Origin: Polyangiaceae bacterium
GTDB taxonomy: Bacteria; Myxococcota_A; Polyangia; Polyangiales; Polyangiaceae
Assembly (NCBI GenBank): GCA_035063585.1
Contig: JAPSGB010000022.1
Coordinates: 1-64,000 of the forward strand
Length of the DNA: 64,000 nucleotides
Direction: 5' to 3'
Under the pieces are notes generated by a model. That model was not told where the DNA came from, made no database searches, and saw only the letters and a list, made by a program, of their open reading frames with translations. Both the position numbers and the translations under genes were made by a program. The stretch's first letter is position 1. Each line of letters opens with the position of its first letter. Positions 47,540 through 55,866 of the stretch are shown here, piece after piece.

Positions 47540-49816
47540 TCAGCGCGGCGGAGCCTCGAGCGCGCGACGGTACCGCTCGCGCCGTGGCGGGTCGCGCAGG
47601 ATGTCGTAGGCCTCGTCGAGGATCTCGCGGATGGTGTCGACCTGCTCGCGGAGGTCGGCGGTCTTCGCGGTGAGGATGCGGCTCGGCTCGAACGCGCGGC
47701 GGAGCTCGAGGTAGGCGCGCTTGATGTCGTAGCTGGTCGCGCCGCGCGCGACGCCGAGGATCGCGAAGTAGTCGCCCTCGTCGACCAGCGCGCCGCGGGC
47801 CGCGATGCGCGCGCGGAGCGCCTCCTCGTCGAGCTCGTCGAACGGCGCGCGCTCGCCGGTCGCCTCGCGCTCGTCGCCGGCGGGCTCGAGCGCGGAGAGC
47901 ACGCCGAGCTCGGTGAGCGCGTAGAGCACCGTCGCGAAATCGGCGGAGGGCGCGCGCTCGATCAGCTCGCGCACGGTCGCGCCGTGCGAGCGGCTCGCGA
48001 GCGTCGCCTCGACGTCCGGGAGCGCCGTCTCGGGCAGCAGCGCAGCGGCTGGGCCGGCGTCGATGCGCGCGCGCTCGCCGCCGAGGCGACGGAGCGCGTC
48101 GCCGGGCGGCACCGCGCGGCGCACCACCTCGAGCAGCACCTCCGCGCCGGTCGCGCCGCCGAACACGGCGGGCTCGGCCTGGAGGCGCGCCGGGACGTCC
48201 GTTTCGGTGCTCGCGGCGCCGCGCGTCATGCCGATGACGCGGGCGAGCAGCCACTCGGCGTGCCCGCGCAGCACCGGCCAGAGCTCGTCTTGCTGCAGGT
48301 GGCCGTGCGCGATGAGGGCCGCGCCGGCGTGCCGCCCGAACTGCGCGATCTTGCGCCCGAGCTGGCTCGCGACCTCAGGGGTAATGGCGCCTCGCTCGCG
48401 GAGGAAGGCGACCAGTGACTCGTCTTCGAGTCCGGACGCGACCGTGACGAAGTCTCCGTCGCGCATCACCGCGCGGCGGATCCCCGACTCGTCTTCGAGC
48501 ACCAGCGCGCCCGTGTAGCGCGCGCGCACCACGCGAGCGAGCGCGCGCAGGGCGTCGCCGGCAGCGAGCGCCGACGGGATCTCGAGCGGGGCGCGCGGCG
48601 CCTCACGCGGTGTTGGCCGCGGAGGCGCGGTCACCCGCTCCGCGAGCCCCACCGCGCTCGGCTGCGTCGCGCGAGGCACGGGCGCCGCGACGGGAGGTCG
48701 CGTGGAGGCCTCGGCGGCTGGGGCAGGTGCGGGCGCGACGGAGGGGGGCGCGTCCGCCATGGTGCCGCCCGCGTGACTCGCGCTCGGCGGCGCCCACGAT
48801 GGCGGCCTCGGCGGGCGCGCCGGAACCGCCGGGGGCGTGACCGGGGGCTCGGTCATCGGCTGCGCGGGCGGCTCGACCGCGACGAGGTCGGAGCCGCCGT
48901 GCGTGCCGGGCTCGACTACCGAGCCGGGCTCGCTGTCGTCGTCGTCGTCTTCGTCGCTGGACAGCGGCTCGTCGAGCGCGGCGAGCACGTCGGCGGGCAG
49001 CACCGCCTCGACCTCGTCGGCCGGCGCAAGACGCTCCGGCGCCGACGGTGACGCGAGCGGGAGGGCCGAGCCCGACGCCACGCGCTGCTCGGCGCGGGCG
49101 AGCAGTCGCTCGAGGTCGGGGCTCATGCTCGACTGCGGGATCGAGCGGACCAGCCGCGCGCGCGGTGCGTCCGGTTCCATGCCGAAGCCGAGCGGGACCG
49201 CCGGGGGGAGGCCCGAGCGTACCGAGTCCGGTGCCTCCGACGGGGGCGCGCTCAAGAGCGCGTGGTCCATGGACGCGCGGCTCGGCGGCGGCGACGAGAG
49301 CCGCCGCGGCGGGTTGCTCGAGGCGGCCCGCTGCGACCCGCTCGCGGGCTGTAGGAACGACGGCCGGAGCGAGGGCGTCGACGAGACCCCGCGCCCGAGC
49401 GTGCGCCCCGGAATAGACGGGCTGCCGATGAGCGCCTCGACTTTTCGCAGGAGCGCGTAGGTGTCGACGGGCCGCACGAAGAACCCGCTGCCCTCATGGA
49501 ACACCGCGTCCGCGCGATCCTCGAGCACGCCGCCTGGCTGCCCGATGAAGATGAGGTCGACGCCGCTCGCGCCGGGCACCTCGCGGAGGCTGCCCACCAC
49601 GCCGAGCGCATCGGGCGCGTCGACGTCGCACAGGATGAGCGATGGACGCTGGACCGTCACGCGGCTCGCGAGCAGCGAGAGCGGCACGTCGACCACGACG
49701 TAGCCGCGCGCTCGCAGCGCGGTCGTGAGGCGCTCGGCCTCCGCCGAGGCGTCGCTCACGAAGATGAGTGGCTCGGAGGAAGCTGGCGCACCGCTTCCGG
49801 GGGACTCCGACAGCAC
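47540..49816 (-). CDS. Degenerate receiver + Pro-rich + DUF4388-like + J-like domain protein
   Basis: N-terminal receiver-like fold (IFVSD...ILCDVD...FVRP); TGALVL...RDG; C-terminal DYFAILGV...DIKRAY...AYDILRDP.RR.RY. Confidence 0.82.
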   Translation of the reverse strand: MLSESPGSGAPASSEPLIFVSDASAEAERLTTALRARGYVVVDVPLSLLASRVTVQRPSLILCDVDAPDALGVVGSLREVPGASGVDLIFIGQPGGVLEDRADAVFHEGSGFFVRPVDTYALLRKVEALIGSPSIPGRTLGRGVSSTPSLRPSFLQPASGSQRAASSNPPRRLSSPPPSRASMDHALLSAPPSEAPDSVRSGLPPAVPLGFGMEPDAPRARLVRSIPQSSMSPDLERLLARAEQRVASGSALPLASPSAPERLAPADEVEAVLPADVLAALDEPLSSDEDDDDDSEPGSVVEPGTHGGSDLVAVEPPAQPMTEPPVTPPAVPARPPRPPSWAPPSASHAGGTMADAPPSVAPAPAPAAEASTRPPVAAPVPRATQPSAVGLAERVTAPPRPTPREAPRAPLEIPSALAAGDALRALARVVRARYTGALVLEDESGIRRAVMRDGDFVTVASGLEDESLVAFLRERGAITPEVASQLGRKIAQFGRHAGAALIAHGHLQQDELWPVLRGHAEWLLARVIGMTRGAASTETDVPARLQAEPAVFGGATGAEVLLEVVRRAVPPGDALRRLGGERARIDAGPAAALLPETALPDVEATLASRSHGATVRELIERAPSADFATVLYALTELGVLSALEPAGDEREATGERAPFDELDEEALRARIAARGALVDEGDYFAILGVARGATSYDIKRAYLELRRAFEPSRILTAKTADLREQVDTIREILDEAYDILRDPPRRERYRRALEAPPR

Positions 49817-49875
49817 GGGGTCGCAGCTTAGCCTGGCCCGGCCGCGCGACCCAAGCTCCCGCCGATTCCGGGGCC

Positions 49876-50016
49876 CTACTTTGGCGGAGGGGCCTTCTTG
49901 CCGGCGAGCGCGGCGGCGATGGCCGCCCCGGCGCGCGGCCACCACGGGGCTGACACGACCGCCACCGTGATGAAGACCACCATGAAGATTTCGCCCTGGC
50001 CGGGAGCGAGCGTCAC
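49876..50016 (-). CDS. Small TatA-like membrane protein (46 aa)
   Basis: MTLAPGQGEIFMVVFITVAVVSAPWWPRAGAAIAAALAGKK resembles the TatA TM + amphipathic helix; TATGGG 6 nt upstream of GTG. Confidence 0.5.
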   Translation of the reverse strand: MTLAPGQGEIFMVVFITVAVVSAPWWPRAGAAIAAALAGKKAPPPK

Positions 50017-50086
50017 GGCTCCCCCATAGCACTTTCGAGCCCCGGCCGCGCGCGCCCAGGCTACCCTCGGCCTCCGAGGCGAGCTC

Positions 50087-50584
50087 ATGGACACCGTGAT
50101 CGGCCTCGGAGCGAACCAGGGCGACCGCGCGGGGACGCTCCGGCGCGCCGCCCGCGAGGTCGCGAAGCTCGGTGCGCTCACCGCCGCGTCGAGCCTGTAC
50201 GAGACGGCGCCGATCGGGCCGCCCCAGCCGGATTTCCTGAACGCCGCCATCCGCCTCGCGACGTCGCTCGAGCCGGAGCGGCTCCTCTCCGCGCTCCTCG
50301 ACATCGAGCGCACGCTCGGCCGCGTTCGCCGCGAGCGCTGGGGCCCGCGCGTCATCGATCTCGACGTGCTCTGGGCCGAGGTCGGCGCGTACCGCGCGCC
50401 CGGTCTCGAGCTCCCGCACCCTCGGCTCACCGAGCGCGCCTTCGCGCTCGTCCCGCTCCTCGAGGTCGGCCCGGAGCTCACCGAGCCGCGCTCCGGCGCT
50501 CGCTACGCGGAGCTCGCCGCGCGCCTCCCGGTCGCCGGGCTTCGGCGGGTCGTTGGAACCGAGGCGGGGGCCTGGATGGCCTGA
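50087..50584 (+). CDS. folK: 2-amino-4-hydroxy-6-hydroxymethyldihydropteridine pyrophosphokinase
   Basis: IGLGAN.GD, YETAP, DFLNA, RWGPRVIDLD, LPHP...RAF.L.PL. Confidence 0.96.
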   Translation: MDTVIGLGANQGDRAGTLRRAAREVAKLGALTAASSLYETAPIGPPQPDFLNAAIRLATSLEPERLLSALLDIERTLGRVRRERWGPRVIDLDVLWAEVGAYRAPGLELPHPRLTERAFALVPLLEVGPELTEPRSGARYAELAARLPVAGLRRVVGTEAGAWMA

Positions 50585-50743
50585 GGGTCGCCGGTGATCC
50601 TCGACGTGCGGAGCATGCCTCGCGGGGGATACCGAGCCTCCGGGGCGCGGCGGAGCTCGACCACGTCGCATGACGGAGCGTGCGCCGAGGCGCGTCCCCG
50701 CCTCGGCGCCGTCGAGCGCGGACATCGTCCGGCGTGGGTCCGG

Positions 50744-53026
50744 CTACATGCCGGCGGCGGCCGCGCCGACGTGCGCGCCAAACGTGCTGTCCTGCGCCGT
50801 CGGGGCGTTGATGGTCTGTGACTTCGCGCCGCTGAGCCCACCGGCGGCGCCGTACAAGAGCACGGCCTGCTTCATCCCACTGAAGGGATCGTAGAGTCCG
50901 GCGAGCACGTCCTGAAATCCGTCCCCGTCCACGTCGCCTGCCCCGACGAGGCCGTAGGTGAATGGCGTCACGGGCGCGAGAGGCGGCACCGACCCCGATG
51001 GGGTGCTCGCGAGGCCCGTCGCGCCTCCCGCGTAGTAGTCGAGCGGCTGAGGCGCGGCCCCGTCGTTCCCCCACGACGCCGCGTCGGCGAAGCCATCGCC
51101 ATTCACATCCGAGGTCGCGCAGACCGGGGAGCTGATGGTCCGGGCAAAGCCCATGGTCGTCGTCGGCGTGGTCGCGATTCCCGCCGCGCTGCCCGCGTAG
51201 ACGAAGATGAGCTTCTCCCCGGCATTGCCGCCAGACGCGCTGTACGCGAGCAGGTCGGTGTATCCATCCCCGTTCACGTCGGCTCCGACCACCGACTGCC
51301 CGGTTCTGAAGTTTCCAGCGAGCGATAGCTTGATGGGAGTCGTGACGATGCCCTGGGCGCTGCCCATGTAGACGGCGGTCTCCATCCCTGTGGCGGCCGA
51401 CCCGACAGCGATGTCGGCGTAGCCGTCGCCGTTGACGTCGCCGATCCCGGCCGTCTTCATCACCGTCTGCGCCCAGCTCGCCGGGAAGCCGCCGGCGAGC
51501 ACGACCGGCTTGGGATCGAGCCCACTCGACGTCCCGTAATAGAGGTACGTCTTGGCGACGTTTCCGGTACCGACGAGGACGTCGGCGTACCCGTCACCGT
51601 TGACGTCACCCGCCGCCGCGGTCGCGCCGCCGAAGAAGCTGCAGGCGGTGCCGCAGCACGAGGCGTTCGGGTCGGGGCCCTCGAGCGTGACGGCAGCGGT
51701 GGACGCCAGCCCGGAGGGACCTCCGAGGTAGAGGTAGGCTTGATCGGTCGTGTACCCTTGACTCGCGCCGGAACACATCCCGTACGAGCCCCAGGTGCCC
51801 ACGATGGCGTCGGCGTACCCATCGCCGTTGACATCGCCCGCGCCCGAGAGCGCCCAGCCGAACCCGGACGCCTTGCTCGACGGAGGAGTCAGGGTGCTGG
51901 CCGGGCTGGTCGCGATGCCGCCCGAGCCGCCGCGATAGTAATAGACGTGACCGCTCCCGAGCGTGCTCTGACCATGCGCGGCGACCATGACGTCAGCGTA
52001 CCCGTCACCGTCCGCGTCGAGCTGAGTGCCCCACGAGCTGTCGACGGTGGAGTTTCTCGGCCCGACAGTGAACTGCCACGTCGCGCTGGGCTGGCAACCG
52101 GCTCCATCCGCGGCCAGCCGCTCGAGCCTCCAGTAGACGACGCCGGGGCTCAGATCCTTCGTCAGCTTGACACTCGAGCCGACCGCGTCGAGCTGAGTGA
52201 TCGTCGACGTGCAGGCGCGATCGCGACAGACCGTGACGCGGGCTCCGGTCGCTCCGGGCGGGAGCGCCCAGCGGAGCGTCGGCTTCCAGCTCGTCACGCG
52301 CCCGGTGGAGGTGGGGGCCAGGGGGCGCGGCGGGGGTCTTGCGGTGTCGCACGGCCCGGCGTCGGGGATGTCGGCGTCGGGGACGCCGGTCTCGGGCGCG
52401 TCGGTGCCCCCGTCGGTGCCGCCGTCGACGGAGCACCCCTCGTCGATCTTGCCGTCGCAGTCGTTGTCGAGGGCATCACCGCACGTCTCCTCCGTCGGCC
52501 CCACCGCGCCGCTGCAGGTTGCCCAGGTGCCATCCGAGCCGCACTCCTGCGAGCCGGCCTTGCACTGGCCCACACCTGCGAGGTCCGTCATGCACGCGCG
52601 TGATTCGCCGGCCGTGCACGAACACCCTTCGTCGACTGCCCCGTCACAGTCGTCGTCGATTTCGTTGCAAAGCTCCGTGGTGGGCAGCACGTCTCCTTCG
52701 CACACGCTCCCCCACGCTCCGAACTCCCCGCTTTGGCTGCACCAGATCGTGCCGTCCGAGCACGCGCCGACACGACGCGCCGCCGGAGGTCCGCGAAAGC
52801 ACGCTTCACTCGTGCCGGGTAGACAGACGCAGCCCTCGTCCACCACCCCGTTGCCGTTCAGGTCGAGCCCCTCGCCGCACGTTCCGTCCGGCCCTGGCCG
52901 GAAGCCCGAGCCCCCTCCGCCTCTATTATCGCCGACGTTGCTGGAGTCGGCGCAGGCCGCGGCGATGCCTAGCCCCGTCAAGAGCGCGGTCATGCCGAGG
53001 AGATGTGCGGTCGGATTCGATGCCAT
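50744..53026 (-). CDS. Lipoprotein with Cys-rich D.DCDG.VDEG repeats, Ig-like domain and FG-GAP repeats
   Basis: AAAC lipobox; three ELCN..DDDCDG.VDEGC-type repeats; multiple GDVNGDGYAD repeats. Confidence 0.88.
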   Translation of the reverse strand: MASNPTAHLLGMTALLTGLGIAAACADSSNVGDNRGGGGSGFRPGPDGTCGEGLDLNGNGVVDEGCVCLPGTSEACFRGPPAARRVGACSDGTIWCSQSGEFGAWGSVCEGDVLPTTELCNEIDDDCDGAVDEGCSCTAGESRACMTDLAGVGQCKAGSQECGSDGTWATCSGAVGPTEETCGDALDNDCDGKIDEGCSVDGGTDGGTDAPETGVPDADIPDAGPCDTARPPPRPLAPTSTGRVTSWKPTLRWALPPGATGARVTVCRDRACTSTITQLDAVGSSVKLTKDLSPGVVYWRLERLAADGAGCQPSATWQFTVGPRNSTVDSSWGTQLDADGDGYADVMVAAHGQSTLGSGHVYYYRGGSGGIATSPASTLTPPSSKASGFGWALSGAGDVNGDGYADAIVGTWGSYGMCSGASQGYTTDQAYLYLGGPSGLASTAAVTLEGPDPNASCCGTACSFFGGATAAAGDVNGDGYADVLVGTGNVAKTYLYYGTSSGLDPKPVVLAGGFPASWAQTVMKTAGIGDVNGDGYADIAVGSAATGMETAVYMGSAQGIVTTPIKLSLAGNFRTGQSVVGADVNGDGYTDLLAYSASGGNAGEKLIFVYAGSAAGIATTPTTTMGFARTISSPVCATSDVNGDGFADAASWGNDGAAPQPLDYYAGGATGLASTPSGSVPPLAPVTPFTYGLVGAGDVDGDGFQDVLAGLYDPFSGMKQAVLLYGAAGGLSGAKSQTINAPTAQDSTFGAHVGAAAAGM

Positions 53027-53081
53027 GGGTTCTTCAGGGCCTTTCTGGACTTGGCGTGTTCGACGCCTCCTCCGGCCAGCT

Positions 53082-53107
53082 ATGACGTGGAGCCGCTGTC
53101 TTTCTGA
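53082..53107 (-). promoter_or_regulatory. Candidate ECF promoter TCAGAAA-N16-CAT
   Basis: Same bipartite motif and spacing as upstream of the sigma gene (54444-54469). Confidence 0.55.
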
Positions 53108-53140
53108 AATCGCGCGAACGAATTCGTGACGGCCGGGCTC

Positions 53141-53902
53141 TCAGTCCGCCCCTCCGCTGTCCCCGATCAACACCTTGAGCTTGTTGCGGTGCGCGGTGTC
53201 GGGGTTCGTCTGGAGAAGCTGCTCGGAGGCCTCGGCCGCTTCGCGGTCCCGGCCGGTCCGCTTGAGGGCCTCCACCATGAGCACCTCGCGCTCCTGCACG
53301 AGCATCCCGTTCGGATATCGGCGAGCGTGCTCTTCGCAGAGCATCAACGCCTTTTTCGGATTGGTGTGTACGAGCATCTGCGCGCGACCGATGAGCTGCG
53401 TCTCGGAAGGACCGCTGTCACCGCCCTCGGCGGTGCTCGGCGCGCCAGTCACCACGGGCCTCGCTGACTGCGTGGTGGCGACGGCCGGCGAGCCGGCCTT
53501 CGGTGCGCCGCGCGTCTCCACGGGCACGCTATCGCTAGGCTCGGGCATCGAGGCGGGCGAGGCCGACACAGCCGCGGGGCCCGTCCCCGTCGGTGGATTG
53601 CTCGAGGAGCGATGCGCCGCGACATACCATCCGACACCGGCGAGGCTCGCGCCGGCGACCACCACTCCGATGGCCCTGCCGAGCGCCGACCCCGAAGCGC
53701 GGCCTGCCGAACGGAGCGGCTCGAGGCCTTCGCCGCTCTTGGCATGGCCGGCTGGACTGGGCGACCCGCCGCCGCCCAGGCTGGCTCGCAGCCGAACCAG
53801 GGCGTCTTCGCTCGGGCCTCGCGCGCGGAGGTCCGACGCTGCCTGCCGCGCCGCTGCAGGGAGGCTGGGTTCGATGGGAGACGGGCTGGAATCATGCTTC
53901 AT
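53141..53902 (-). CDS. Putative anti-sigma factor (short cytoplasmic N-term, TM, Pro/Ser linker, TPR-like C-term)
   Basis: Overlaps the sigma gene's 3' end; C-terminal E..LI..A...AL....EHARRYPNG.L..ERE.L...AL...GR pattern. Confidence 0.75.
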   Translation of the reverse strand: MKHDSSPSPIEPSLPAAARQAASDLRARGPSEDALVRLRASLGGGGSPSPAGHAKSGEGLEPLRSAGRASGSALGRAIGVVVAGASLAGVGWYVAAHRSSSNPPTGTGPAAVSASPASMPEPSDSVPVETRGAPKAGSPAVATTQSARPVVTGAPSTAEGGDSGPSETQLIGRAQMLVHTNPKKALMLCEEHARRYPNGMLVQEREVLMVEALKRTGRDREAAEASEQLLQTNPDTAHRNKLKVLIGDSGGAD

Positions 53903-54437
53903 CTCGAACCTCCTCGGGCTCTGCGTCCGCGAACGCTGCCGCTACCTTGCCTTTGGCCACCTTGACTCGGCTGTACGCGGTCTGCAGCGGGCATTCCATC
54001 GCGTCGGCGACCTCTTGCAAGGACAGCTGCTCGACCTCGCGCAGCACGAAGGCGAGCCGTTGATCTTCGTGCATCGCCTCCAAGACCGCCTGCAGACGCG
54101 CGAGATTTTCTCGCCGCTCCAAGGTGATGTGCTGGTCGGGGGGCGTCTCGACGGTGGGGAGCTCGCCGGTGAGCTGCTCCCGCCGGGTGTGCGCCTTGCG
54201 GCGCGACGCGGCGGCGACGCGCCGAGCGATGCCGTAGAGCCACGACCTCATCGGGGTCGCCGCGGTGATCTGCGGCAGCTTGCGCGCAACGACGACGAAC
54301 ACCTCTTGGGTGGCGTCTTCGACGTCGGCTCCGCGTAGGCCATGGTGCTCGAGCACCCGCCAGACGAACGACACATGCTGCTCGAACAACTCCTCGACGC
54401 GAGGCGCTGCGTTCGCGGGGGAGTGCATACGCTTCAT
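53892..54437 (-). CDS. ECF RNA polymerase sigma factor
   Basis: EDATQEVF, SWLYGIARR (region 2); FVLREVEQLSLQEVA..M.CP..TAYSR (region 4). Confidence 0.92.
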   Translation of the reverse strand: MKRMHSPANAAPRVEELFEQHVSFVWRVLEHHGLRGADVEDATQEVFVVVARKLPQITAATPMRSWLYGIARRVAAASRRKAHTRREQLTGELPTVETPPDQHITLERRENLARLQAVLEAMHEDQRLAFVLREVEQLSLQEVADAMECPLQTAYSRVKVAKGKVAAAFADAEPEEVRDEA

Positions 54438-54443
54438 AAAGAA

Positions 54444-54469
54444 ATGCTCGGTGCCCCGAAGTTTTCTGA
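54444..54469 (-). promoter_or_regulatory. Candidate autoregulatory ECF promoter TCAGAAA-N16-CAT
   Basis: Directly upstream of the sigma ATG; matches 53082-53107. Confidence 0.55.
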
Positions 54470-54477
54470 TCTGCGCC

Positions 54478-55518
54478 TCACCTTGCGTAACCGAGGGTCA
54501 AGAGCAGCCGGCCAACTACGCGAGATGACGAATAAAGCGGTGACGGGTCGCCCCGCTCATCGGTGAACTCCCAGCGCTGGGCCACGAGCGGTGTGCCGAG
54601 CTGGGCGCCGACCCCCGCCCACCATGGCCCGACGAGCCGCAGTCGAGCTTCGGCGCCACCCCAGGCTCGAGCGTGGGTCGCCACGGCGTCGCTGTCGTGC
54701 ATGAACCGGGAGCCGGCCAGGTACAGGCGGCCGGCCTCGGCGCCCAGGCAGTAGGCGGTATGAACGTCGGTCGCGTGTCGCCACACCGCGCACGCCGAAG
54801 CACCGACGCCCCATCCGGTGACGAAGACCCGCCCGGGCCCGAGGGTCGCCGTCTTCGGCGCGAAGAATACGCCGTCCGCGCGCAGCATCGACCAACCTCG
54901 CGTCAGCTCGATTCCGGCCAGCGCCAGCCAGGTCGCGCCGGGCAGAGCGCCGGCGTCCACCCCTCCACCCACGCGTGTGCCCAACTGCCAGCGCGGCGTG
55001 GTTGGCTCCGAGGGCGCTGCCGCGGGACGAGGGGCGGGGCGGGGAGGCGGGGGCTTCGGCGCCGGCGGCGGGAGCGCGGGGACGTGCAGCCTCGAGACGC
55101 GCTGCTGGTAGTCGATCATCAGCGCCACCGACAGCGGGACCGCTTCGTCCAGCGTCCTGCAGGTCGGGTCGCGGCTCTCCAGCTCGCGCTTGCCGACGAG
55201 CGTGCCGTCGGCCTTACGCAGCGTGATCCGCGCGACGCGCGCTCCCCGCTCGTTCACCACCCCCCCGTCGAGCTGGAGATCGTAAGCGTCTTGCACGAAC
55301 GCTGGTCGCTGGAGCCTCACCTCGACGCCGCGAGCGAGCGCTGCCTCATCGAGGCAGTCGGCGACGCTGGTGTCGTTGCGCCAGTGAAGCCGTACGCGGA
55401 TGGGACGCGCGTCCTCGGCGAGCGCCATCGCCGGCCACGACAGGCTGGCCCAGGCCGCGAGCGCCACCATCAACCATCGCAGCTGAGGCGTGGGTGTCCT
55501 CGTCGGCTCCGCGAACAT
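54478..55518 (-). CDS. Secreted protein with N-terminal Cys-paired domain, Pro linker and beta-barrel-like C-terminus
   Basis: Signal peptide; C...L...V..RL...R.L....C..L; alternating G/hydrophobic strands; TATACT 7 nt before ATG. Confidence 0.72.
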   Translation of the reverse strand: MFAEPTRTPTPQLRWLMVALAAWASLSWPAMALAEDARPIRVRLHWRNDTSVADCLDEAALARGVEVRLQRPAFVQDAYDLQLDGGVVNERGARVARITLRKADGTLVGKRELESRDPTCRTLDEAVPLSVALMIDYQQRVSRLHVPALPPPAPKPPPPRPAPRPAAAPSEPTTPRWQLGTRVGGGVDAGALPGATWLALAGIELTRGWSMLRADGVFFAPKTATLGPGRVFVTGWGVGASACAVWRHATDVHTAYCLGAEAGRLYLAGSRFMHDSDAVATHARAWGGAEARLRLVGPWWAGVGAQLGTPLVAQRWEFTDERGDPSPLYSSSRVVGRLLLTLGYAR

Positions 55519-55866
55519 CGCGCGGAGTATAGCGGCCCTGGCTCGAGCGCCAGCCAGCTCGACGAGCAGGTAAACGGCGTGTGTCCCGGAGCGACGTGCC
55601 CCTTGGAGACTTCGCCGGCGACGCGCGCCTTGCTTGCGGGTATCGCCGGTTCGCGCCGCGAACCGGCGCGTGGTCGACGAACCGCGCGCGCCGACGTGCT
55701 CGGGCGATGCGGAGTCCGCGCGGCACGAGCCACGGGCTTCGCCGCGGCGTCTACGGAGCGTGGCAGCGCACGTCGGGGCGAGCGCGCCCTCGTTGACGCG
55801 AGAGGCGGGGGCTCGTAGCCTTCGACTGATCCGGCGACGGCGGTCGTCCTTCAGGGGGTATCTTCG

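Noticed and set aside
47540..50725. 1061-aa version of the receiver/J-like ORF; also extended starts for 27133-29457, 28857-31268, 54478-56622, 18908-20782
   Set aside because: The N-terminal extensions overlap other real genes; starts were reassigned downstream.
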